In this document: piece by piece, positions 40,312 to 51,965 of the stretch
Position numbering within the stretch: position 1 is the stretch's first letter
Layout of the letters: every line of letters starts with the position of its first letter
Assembly (NCBI GenBank): GCA_020137815.1
Contig: CM035351.1
Location: forward strand, 8,494,001 to 8,558,000
DNA from: Hormiphora californensis
Taxonomy: Eukaryota > Animalia > Ctenophora
DNA: 64,000 bases
Direction: 5' to 3'
Program-made: the position numbers and the translations under genes
Notes under the pieces: generated by a model
What the model saw: only the letters and a program-made list of their open reading frames with translations
What the model was told of the DNA's origin: nothing
Databases searched by the model: none

Positions 40312-43300
40312 TCAGAAGCGGCACCAAAGCACACCATACACATACAAAGAAGGATTCCAAGTAGACACATAGCTCCGAGGATTATGTAGGCTGAGGTGAT
40401 GCACCAAAAGGCCAGGAGATATGCTGTTTTGTCACAGAAGAACTCACTAGCAGTGTCATCTGAAAGGAGAGGAGGTGTAAATACAGACTTACTAAAACCA
40501 GTTTATAGGAGCTTCTTGGTTTGTTATAAAGGAGTAGGGGAGGTTGGCTGGTTGCCAAGGGGAGCTGGAATTCAATAGTGATTCACTATCCTGCTTGGTT
40601 TACAGGTCCTATATACTGCATGGAGAGAGCCATCATGGCCGGTTGGCTAATTATGTAATGGGACAATGCTACAGAATGTGTTTTAGAATGGAGTGATTGA
40701 TATGATACATCCATTATACATTTCAGGCCCAGGAAGAGAAAGAGAAATGAAAAGTGTTATCACACTAAAGATAAGATAGACAGATCACCACTGTGCGTGG
40801 TGCAGCAGGGGTTGGACAGGAGAGCAAATGCCGGAAGTTCTTTATAAAAAGGGACTGCTGGATGTTCACATTGTTCTTTCTACTCACTGCCCGAGTTCGA
40901 AACTGTACTGAGAGAAAAAAGGACAAAGAAATAATGCGGGAATAATGCATAAATGTGGAGAATGTGACGCACCCCGTCAGTCAAATCACGAGAACTATGA
41001 TAAATATTTCATAGTAAACAATAGAATTGCAAATCCTATATTCCAATTTCCAAACCAACTGCTATCATTTCAGTGTGTTTATAACTGCCCCACTACATTG
41101 ACCACATATTCACCACATTACTTACCGTACACAACTTCACCGTGAGCTTGGTAGACCCAGACGTTACCACAGATAAACCAGGCGAAGTTGAAGAGGTTTA
41201 GGAGACTCTGAATGTGTGTCAACAGGGCACATTTACCTGGGGGTAATCAGGTGTTAAACAGGGTGAGACTTGGTGCTGCCCTTAGCACCCACTTAGTTTA
41301 CTGACAATAAGTTGTATACTGTTTCATGTCTGCCTTTAGAGCGATGCAGCGTTATCTCCTTAGACAACATTCTGAGAAACTAAGCAGCCCCTTCTCTCCT
41401 CGGAAAAAGTTGCAGCCCCTTCTATCGATTCCTTCCTATACTACTAAAATTCGCCCCTCTCTACTATCTCTCTACATTAGCATGGAAGCATGCATGACAT
41501 ACTAATGTACTTTTGAAGAGTAGCATGTGTCGAGATTAAAAGTTGTTCTCACAAAGACATTTTAATTGCCCACTTATGATAGGACTAGACTTTGTAGATT
41601 CTAGGAGAGAGACTGCTATAATTTTATCTGGGAGTTAAAAAGGAGAGTTTTGATAAAATATTGAAGGAAGTCTGTTTGATATCTCCTACCGATGCTACTG
41701 ACAACATACATTCTGTAAAACTATTATATACACGTACCCCCACGTACACAGCATTGAAGCATGTGGACAGCAATTATACAATAGCCAAGCAAGTGCCCTT
41801 TCTAACATCTCTCCCTCCCGAACACTGCACAAGGAAGGGGCCAAGTTTTATAAGGTTTTAACCGAACATACACACATGTACACAAACACACACACACAAA
41901 CAATACGGTGGTTGAATGCTTTACTCACTCTCTCCGTTATCGTCGCTACACATGCAAGACAAGACCTGCATGACAATAGCCGCTACTCCCGATGCCCCAC
42001 TGACGATTAGATAGAGGGGGATTTTGGAGTTGATGGCACAATCATCCTTCTTGTTGACTCCATAGTAGAGCTGGACCACAGGGATGGCTAGGAGCACTGC
42101 AGCAAGGGCTATACACGCAATACCTTGGGAGAGAGAAGGGGTGTTAGAGGGATAATCTGTGAGAGGTATAATTCTGATATCAATTAAAAGTTTTAACCTC
42201 AAGTCTCAGAAACTACGTACATCTATCACTCCTACTATTGTTTGTTTGTCTGTCCTAACACGCTAATTTATTTTGACGGAACTGAGTGGGAAAGTCTACA
42301 TATTTTCTTACATGTACTTCTCCTTTAGCTGAGTATCTATAGTGAATAGTCCTTGTGAGAAGAGAGTGGAAAACATAGTGCACGTACTGCAATTGAAGGG
42401 AGGGCCAGGGAGTGGGAGAATTGAATGAGTGAGAGAGAGATTCGATTATTACAAGGTGACTCATGCCAAGTGGTTGCTAACACAGCCAGCAGAAAATGTG
42501 TCTAAAATGTTGGCCGCTGGGAGACATGAGACATTTGAGACAAGATCTCCATTCACATGAGCTAACACGTGTATATATTTTCAAAATGAGATCTGGCACA
42601 TGATATAATTCGTGGGAACTACAAATTACCTCCAATAGCTGCACTGAGGATGGTTGCAACAGATTTGAAGAATTGGAACCCGGTGCCGTGTTCTCGTTTC
42701 GCTTCTTTTATCCTTCCATAGAGAGAATCGTACGTCGGGGGAGCCGCTCCCTCAATCGTCTGAGAAGCGAAATCAGGGTTACCCCGCATTTTCAACATGG
42801 ATCCTGAGGCACTCTGTAACAAACATTTTGGATGGGGCGTTGTTGTACTTCCGTGTCAGCTATTCTAGAAATGTATTTCTTCTAGAAAAGAGAGGATGAT
42901 CTCACTGACACAAGGAAGAGAATTGTAACCCAAACCATGCACTGTGCAGTGAGTGACTTAATGATATCCTTAGAAAATAAGATACATACTTACAGCAAGA
43001 GAGACACTCTCAGCAGTGTTGGCAGTGGCATTGTATCGTGGGGGGTCATGGTCTGAGACTACCTGAGTTTCATTGTAACTCGGCAGTTTCTCGTCAGTGA
43101 TATTTTCAGTAGACATCTTGCTAGGAAGGAAGGAAAGTTAGTTAGGGGTGTTATGTTATGAGAATAACAACAATAATACCAGGCACCATGGTAGTTGAAC
43201 AATAATACACCAGTAGTCATGGCGACTCTAGTAACATCGTTCATCAAGAGAAGAAGTGTAGAGTGTAGAGTAATATGTAATAATATGTAATATGTATCAG

Positions 43301-43529
43301 ATCATATATAGTATATATTGGGGTCTACTGGCACACAGGATTAATCAAGAATTATTGCATAATTTTTTCATAACACGCTGTTTCCCCGCTCTTCTACAAT
43401 CTACATTCGTCAACAGGATCACGATATCAAGGCTTGGCTATAATGTAATATGAGATACATACGATGTAGCTGTACTTCTCACATGGCTAACTCAGTATAA
43501 CCTATCAGTTTCTAACCTCCATCACTCAT
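40312..43529 (-). CDS. TMEM272-like four-TM protein with two PPxY motifs
   Basis: Spliced MSDG|DHDPPRY...|...PPTYDSL...|...DCAINSKIPLYLIVSG...|...FNFAWFICGNVWVY...|...FCDKTAYLLAFW...CRF*; all junctions GT-AG and in phase. The 13-nt first exon is tentative. Confidence 0.75.
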
Positions 43530-43600
43530 TACATCAACCACCAAGTTCCACATCGCCGATGGCATTCATCCGGGGCTGTGTAACGCCAAATTTTAACGGG

Positions 43601-43850
43601 GATGATCCAAGAGCGCACCCCATCCAAAAGAGACCAAATCTAGAGCACACAACATCCAGAAGAGACGACTCCAAGAGCGGTATCTTTTGGATGGGGAGCT
43701 CTCTTGGAGTGGTCTCTTCTGGAAGCAGTGTGCTCTTGGATTTGGTCTCTTTTGGATAGCGTGCGCTCTTGGATCATCCAAGAGTGCACCCCATCAAAAA
43801 GAGACCAACTCCAAGTTGACGTGGAGCAGTCTTGGATGTGGTGCGCTCTT
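43601..43850. repeat. Modular about 180-bp palindrome built of CCAAGAG/AAGAGACC units
   Basis: GATGATCCAAGAGCGCAC...GTGCGCTCTTGGATCATC spanning 43601-43778, followed by a further partial copy. Confidence 0.8.
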
Positions 43851-44544
43851 GAAGTTTGAACTTTATTATGGTTCACTACCAGGGGAAACAAATCAGATGC
43901 AAGTCGGTTTAGTAGTTCGTTGCAGCCGGTTTTTCCAAAGACTTAGTTCCAAAATAAAGGATATCCCCTAGGCCCTGATTGCGGGTGCGCTGCCCCCGTT
44001 CGCGTTGGGGCTATGCCCCTAATCCCTGCCATAGGGGTGTCACCACCCTGACCCGGAGCATAGAACGGCTCGTGACCAGAGTTCGCGAGTCACCCCTGTG
44101 GCCTGTCCAAACGCCAAAGTCATGACTCATGAATCGCCAGTCCCGATAATTGTAACGTGTCTGCAAAAACGAGAAATCAGAAACCAAAATAAAAAGAAAA
44201 GTGAAAACACAACTCGAGCTCGGGCAGATTCAGACAAAAAAGCTTTAGCGAGATTTGGAACGCGCGAGCATAAACAAAGACACGCTGCTTTTTTACGCGC
44301 ACACTCTTGTTATTTATCTTGCACTTGATTCGTTCTAAAAAAATCGGCCAGCGCGATCGTTAAAATGATTTTAATAAAATCTGGGTTTGGAGTGTCAGCA
44401 CCCACACAGTCGTGTTCCATTTTTTCCGAGTTTGGAGTGTCAGCACTCACGGTTCTGTAGGGTTAGGGCTAAAGTAGGGTTAGGGTTAGGGCTGGAGTTT
44501 GGGTTGGGGTTAGGGCTTGACATTTCCCATCAGCGGGTGGATAC

Positions 44545-46392
44545 TGATACAACGAGACTAGAAGAGGTGCACAGTACATGCAACTACAAAGCAACAGAGA
44601 GAGCTTTCAGTGTAGCCGCTCCAAAAATGTGGAACCGCCTTCCTGAGCAGATTCGCAACTCAGAAACACTGTCTTCTTTCAAGAAATCTTTGAAGACCTG
44701 TTTGTTTAGGATGGCCTACGACTGCTGATTTCCCCTGACCCTTCTCCTTTCCCTTTGAACCTGCTGCTGCATCACTGACCTGTTGCTTCCTCCCTAACCT
44801 GCAGCCTGCTGCTTCCACCCTAAGGCCTAACCTGGTACATCCTCCTTAACCTGGTACATCCTCATTAACCTGCACTGCTGCTCCCTCCTGAAACCTGCTG
44901 CTCCCTCCTCAACCTGCACTGCTACTCCCTCCTTAACCTGCTGCTCCCTCCCTAACCTGCTGCTCCCTCCCTAACCTGCTGCTCCCTCCTTAACCTGCAC
45001 TGCTGCTCCCTCCTGAAACCTGCTAATTCCTCCTTAACCTGCTGCTCCCTCCTTAACCTGCACTGCTGCTCCCTCCTTAACCTGCACTGCTGCTTCCTCC
45101 CTAACCTGCTGCTCCCTCCTTAACCTGCTGCTCCCTCCCTAACCTGCTGCTCCCTCCTCAACCTGCTGCTCCCTCCTTAACCTGCTACATCCTCCTTAAC
45201 CTGCTACATCCTCCTTAACCTGCACTCCTGCTCCCTCCTGAAACCTCCTGCTCCCTCCTTAACCTGCTGCTCCCTCCTTAACCTGCACTGCTGCTCCCTC
45301 CTTAACCTGCACTGCTGCTCCCTCCTGAAACCTGCTACATCCTCCTCAACCTGCTGCTCCCTCCTTAACCTGCTACATCCTCCTTAACCTGCTACATCCT
45401 CCTTAACCTGCACTCCTGCTCCCTCCTGAAACCTCCTGCTCCCTCCTTAACCTGCTGCTCCCTCCTTAACCTGCACTGCTGCTCCCTCCTTAACCTGCAC
45501 TGCTGCTTCCTCCCTAACCTGCTGCTCCCTCCTTAACCTGCTACATTTCCCATTTCCCTGTCCTTCCTACATCTTCATGAGACTTAGTAGAGGGATCATC
45601 CAAGCCAGAGTAGTGAGAATTTTAGGTTCTTAGTGTGTTTTTTCTGTTTTAAGTGTATCTTGGCCTACGAGTTTGTGTAGAGTCTGAGTAGATGAGGTTC
45701 CAGATTGACTGAGTCTAAAGGGAGAAACGAAAGAAGAAAGAAGATCCATACATACCGTTTTAACGTTATTACCGATAAAAAACTATGCCATGTATGGACA
45801 ATAAACTATTCGTGATGCTGAACTCTATTATTACCTATTAACCGTGTGTGTCTCATCTGATATTATGTCTGTTGTTATTATTTTGATGTTCACTTGTACC
45901 TGTTTGTTTATTTATTTATTTGACTGTTCTTTTGTTTGTTTGTTTGTATGTATGCTTGTTTGTTAACTTTATTGTTTGCCTGTCTGTTTAGTGTTAACTT
46001 ATTTGTTTGTTTGTTTGCTTATTTATTTGGTTGTTTGTTTGTTCGTTTTGTTTGTCTGCGGGCTGTGTTGGTTTGTTTGTGCACTTTTTCAAAAGCCGTT
46101 GTATCTCAGTTATTTAATTGTGCAGTTTATGCTGATGTTATCTGCCTCATTGTATCGTGAACTAGCTTAACCCGCTTTAGGTAACCGCTGGTGCTTTCAC
46201 ATCAGCCTTGTAGCTTATTTTTTATATCTATTTATATTAAATATGTTTGGTGTAAGAGCGGGACAAGGTTTTAATATTTTTATATTGACTTTGTGATAAA
46301 TAGTGATTAAACTTAAACTTAAACTTAAACTTAAACTTAAACTTAAACTTAAACTTAAACTTAAACTTAAACTTAAACTTAAACTTAAACTT
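44545..46392 (+). mobile_element. L2-clade LINE 3' fragment with long 3' UTR and (AAACTT)n tail
   Basis: RAFSVAAPKMWNRLPEQIR...FKKSLKTCLF..AY C-terminus (stop 44728); 14 copies of AAACTT at 46309-46392. Confidence 0.8.
44757..45545. repeat. 19-24 bp minisatellite (AACCTGCTGCTCCCTCCTT variants)
   Basis: Directly visible tandem array within the L2 3' UTR. Confidence 0.95.
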
Positions 46393-46661
46393 ATTAACTT
46401 TGGTTTAGCCAAAACGGTTGAGTGGTTTGGCGGTTAGAGCCGTTGTAGTGCAGGTTAATTTTTGGCAGTAGCCAGCACGTAGCTGTAAACAGGCCATTTA
46501 AAGGGTATTTGAATTTTGATAGATAATCGCTAATCAGCCCTAACCCGTACCAATCGCCAAAAGTTTGCATTGTGACTTTATGTGTTTGGACTGACAGATG
46601 ATCTGTCACAGATCATTGGATATTTGTCATATATTTAATCAAAATACCCATTTAAGACAGT

Positions 46662-49600
46662 ATGTCCGATTTATGGCAGAGTCCGTATGTCAATGTTTTC
46701 AAGCACTATGGAGTGGGACAATGGAAGAAATCACGAAAAGAGGGGGATGTGACGTCTCTTATGGACAGGGTTGTCAAGGTAATAATTTGATTTCTGTCTG
46801 CAATGGCCACACACGATGACCCAATTAACCCGTCAAATTTAATTGCAGTGTCCAATATTCAAGATTGCTGGAGTGGTCCCGGCTAATAACTACATCGCAG
46901 TTCCAAAGCATAACTCCCAATCACTGGGACTGACGGGTCAAACACTTTTCCTACTTTTTAAGCCTCTCCCCGGACAGTTTTTCATTGTTCATTTCGAGGT
47001 AATTTGTTCATTTCTCTCAACCTTCCTCCCCATACTATCTTTCTTAAATCTGAACCACACTAAGATTTAAAGTAGTTAGGCACGGGCAGGCACGGGGGAG
47101 ATTCAAAGATCATGTAACCATTTCAATCAATCAATCCATGATTGGAGATCGTCCACCATCTAGTTATTCCTAGGATCCCGCGGAATAACTGGATGGTGAA
47201 CGATCTTCAAACTACCTACAATTTTAGTTTAAAATGTCTACAGAGGGCACAGAATAGTCCAAATATAAATAAAAGTTTCATAAGCTAATCTTGTCAATTT
47301 TTCTGGGTGAAGCCCAACGCTTGTAAAGATCCCACATGAACACCCTGGTTATATAGGTGATTATATATAATATCAAATTATCTCTGCCCTCTAACCGACT
47401 AACCAGCCATCATATTCCCACTTGTCAGGTGGTTACTCGATGTGGAGCCGTTATTCGTATAAGCGTTTCGAATCTGTATAAACAGTTTAAAGCCTCTTCA
47501 ACCTGGCTCCAATTCCCATACTCACCACCGGAAAACAGCAGGTGGACTGTTATGCAGCTCTCATTTTTGTTGCTGCTCCGTAAATACGTCAACAAGGATT
47601 ATTCCCACTTGAAGTGCATGAAGTTGTGTGCCAACATGCTGATAAAGAATGTGATGATGACCTCACGACCCTACTCCGCGAGCCTTCTCCCAACGAAAGC
47701 CCGGACAGTTGACGAGGTTACATCTAGAGAGGGAACTGGTTGTGAGGAACCCCTCCCCCGAGAAATGCGGTACCCCGTCCCCAGTGGGTGTTCCTGGGTT
47801 GATGTCTATCACCTGGTGAGACTCCCTGAGACTACCGAGAATATTAGTGTGCCCATTAGACAGAAGGCAGTTCTCCCCACCACTACTCCGCCACCCTTTC
47901 TATCTGCTACCAAGGGTAACAGGGTATTCAGGGAGTTACCCGTTGTGAAGAATGAACACAGCAAGATTTCGGTTGGGAGGAGTAAAGTTAAAGTAAGCGA
48001 AAAGATTAATGAAGATTTTCAGAATATGTCACTCACTGAAAACGTTACAATAACCTACGGGAAGAATCTTAACAAAAAATCGGATAGAACAACAGCAGTT
48101 GTAGGTCCTATCTGCCAGTTGAGGAGGGTGGTTGGATTTGGTCCTTGTCGTAATGTCATCCTCTCCTCGACTAGCGAGTTCCTGTACTATGCAGCAGGTA
48201 GCATGATAGTGGAGCAACGTCTTGACACTTCAGAGCAGAGAATATTCGCAGGACACACAGACACCGTCCTCGCGTTTACAGTCAACCCAACTGACGAATA
48301 CCTAGCATCCTCACAACGGGACAGCCCCCTTGTTAGATTGTGGTCCCTGGCCAGTGGGGAGTGCATTGGACTGGTCAAATCCTCCGAGGACCCCTGCAAC
48401 ATCCTCCAATTCTCGACGTCAGACAAATGTCTACTGGGTGTCTGCGCTGCACGTCCTCGATCCAGGTTCATCCTGTGGGATACCTCCCTACTCAAGCTAA
48501 AGGGAGATGTTAGTATTGTTACTGAGGGGTCGTGTTCTGACACCATTATCACCGCTCAACTCTCCGCCACCAGCTCATCACGCATTGCCAGCTGCTCCTC
48601 GAGGGCTCTCCAAATTTGGAGGATCCGGGCTGGAAAACTGAAGACCTGCTCCATATCCTCGTTTAATGGTTTGGAATATGTGTTACGAGATGTGAAATGG
48701 GGCACACTCGCATCTAATACCGAAGAAATGATCTATGCAGCGACAGGATCGGGTATAGTAGTTCAGGTGGATTCGCACAGGGCCGTAGTTGTACGATGTA
48801 TCGATCTAACAACAGTGGAGGGACCCTGGGATTAAGAGCCTGAATGGCTTGGCGGTAGCACGGTGCATTTAGCTGTCACAGTTGGGGAGGATGGGATGTT
48901 GAGAGTGTGGGATCCCGAGTGGAGGGAGGTGATGCTGAAAGTAGGGCACGAAGCTGCCTGTAACGGGGTGTGGGGTCTCCACTGATGGGCTCAAGTTACT
49001 AGCTGTCACTGAGACAGACACCGTGGGAGTGCTGGATGCAACTACCAAGTCTTATACTACTGTTGTCCGGAGTCACTCTAAAAGGTACTTATAATGTGCA
49101 ATTGTTTATTGTTATACCGCGTGGCCCGAAAAATCTAAAGGCAAGTTGGCCTTCATATCTCTCAGAATTATAATTTCAATCACTCTGATATTTTGACACA
49201 ATTTTTGTCTTTTGTTTTAATGGTACTAGTTTGTCTGTCTGTGCAATCTGTTAATGCTTTATTCTGATTTATAATCCCATCTTTCCTTCAATCAGAGTCC
49301 TGTCTGTGGCGGTTGATAGACGCCACATAGCAACAATATCAGCTGATTCCAGTTTGCGTGTTTGGGAGCTCCCCTCTCTCTCCCAGCTGTACGAAGTGTT
49401 CTCCTCTGGAGAGTGTCCTACCACCCTGGCCTTCCACCCCTACAAGAACGGTGAGTTACTCTTCAGCAGCCTGTGCAGGGGCTGGTGCCACCTTGGCCAG
49501 ATCCATAGGTCCAATGAGCCAGGCGTTGCTAAGGCGACTAACACGGCGTTTAAGGTACAACCCGTGCACCTTGATCTGCTCTAAACGGGCCCTGATCAGC

Positions 49601-51881
49601 CCGGTGGTAAAGGCGTATAGAATCGGGTCGGAGAGGCAGTTTAGGTAGAGGGCCATGTACCAGTAATGTCGGAAACCTACCAGATTTAGGATGTCATAGA
49701 GAATGACAAATGGAAGCCAGGACATGGTGAAACACACACAGATCAGGACTGCTCGTATGGATATCATCCTCACACAATCATTCCTCTTCTTCCTCAACCG
49801 CTTCAATATCAGAGAGTAGGAGACTGTGTTGAGAAGCAGAGGACACAGTGCAAACACCGCACTGCTGATCTTAGAAAACATCTTCCGGCTGAAGTTTGAT
49901 GTGTCAAAGAGACATGTGGAGAGGGAGCTGTTGTAAACGATCATCCCTCCGTGATCTCCGTGATGATGGTGGGATGTCAGGAATGATTCGGCTGCCATGA
50001 TTATAAGATAACAGAGGGGTAGAAACCAGCACAGACCAATCATCTTCTTTAGGTTCGCACGGTGGCCTCGTTTCGTGTACCTGTCACGTAGTATTTAATC
50101 AGCGATATTTTATATGATTTATATGATTTATAAGATTATTTAAAAATAGGAACTATTGATATGGGCAGGGGAAAGTTTCACGTTTCATCACGAACCTCAA
50201 AGGTATGATAACCGCGACGTATCTATCGTAGGTGATTGGTAGAACGGATAGGAGGTTAACATGGAGAAGCAGTGGTGTTAGAATAGGTTGAGCCAGGCAC
50301 ACAATCGGGATAAGGTCCTCTTTCGTTGGCTTACCGTACGCTAAAGAACGTGTGTTTTATTGGAAGTCTCTGAAAATGTTGACCCCAGCCGAATCCTGTT
50401 GCTAATTTTACTCAAATATAAAGATGGATTATTAATTATATACCTGGTCCGGCGATGACTGCTCCATAAAGGGACCACAGTAGGTCACTAACGCTCAGGT
50501 TCATGTATGTCAGATTATAGGTCTTCTGGATCCTCCTCTCCAGTAGAAATACAGTTATCATAATAAAGTTGATACCCACACCAACCCCACACAAACAAGA
50601 GAGGACGCTGCCATATGCTGCAAAATCTAATGGCATCTTGACAGAAGTGAGGGGCACCCTGACATGCCAATGCTCTGACAGGGACACCGGCCACCGGCTT
50701 AATAACGAGTTCTTGGCACCCCGCACCCGCCCCTTAATAATAACGAGTTCTTGAGAAGGAGAAACGTGGTCAACTAATTTCTGGTTTCCCCAAGCTGCCC
50801 GTAATTAAGTAGAAGTACTACAGTAGTATTATAACAGAGGGAGTGCTGCTGCAGCTGCTTTATATAATTACCAGCCCCTTTCTGTTGCAGGTACGCTAGT
50901 GGTGGGTTATAGCAAGGGTACAGTTCGAGTTGTAACAGAGGGAGATGTTACAGAAGAGCTCTTTGATCTATCTGCAGCGGTAACATCAACTATCTTCACA
51001 CCTAACGGGAGGAGGTTATTTGCATGCGATGCCCTGGGAACCTTAACTGTATATCCGGGTGATAAGGACGCCCTCCTTCTAGCTCACTCAATGAAACACA
51101 TGGTGGCCAAGGGTGGACACCGGGCACCCCAGACCATTGCCGTGAGTGCGGACAGCCGACTGGTGGCATTCCCCGGTCCCACGGAGCATTGTGTAACCGT
51201 TCTTGATACGGACACTCTCAACTGTCTACTGAAACTGGATGTTGGCAGTGCGGTGTCCTCCTGTTTGGACAGCGTGGCTAGTGTCACATTTGGCACTGTA
51301 ATGTCACGGGATTTGTTTGTCTGTACTGTAACCGGCCGGGTCCTCAGGGTTGATTCCCGAAGTGGTGTAATTGTGTCCACCCACCAGCCCTTCCCGTCCG
51401 GTCCACCCCTTCTTCTGGCCACTGAGTATTTCGTGTTGGCAGCGGCAGGTCGACACTTCAAACTAACGGAGTATGGAAGTTTATCGACCCTACAGCGGTT
51501 TATAGCCCATGATACGGTGACCTGGGCAGCCCTGGCCACTGGAAAGTTGGTGATTGTGGGAGATGTAATGACTGTTTGGAGTGTAGACACAAAGTCTGCA
51601 CGGACAGTTGAACCCGCTAACAACAGGTTAGAGAGAATTAAGTGTGGTAAATACGGAGTTATTTATCATTTTCTGGACACGATAATAAATGTATCACCAT
51701 TGTTTGTTTCCAGTATAATTGTGAAGGAAGATGATATGGAAGAAGAGAAGGTTGATGAGCACCCACCAACCCCTCAGTTACCACCTACACCTCAGCCGCC
51801 CCACTCCCCCGTTGAACAACACTCTCCCACTGGTATTAAAATGGGGAATATTATATCTTTCTTTCTCTGTCTTTCTCTCTC

Positions 51882-51965
<84 letters not shown>

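Noticed and set aside
44455-44520. Interstitial telomere (TTAGGG)
   Set aside because: Few degenerate copies embedded in an interspersed repeat.
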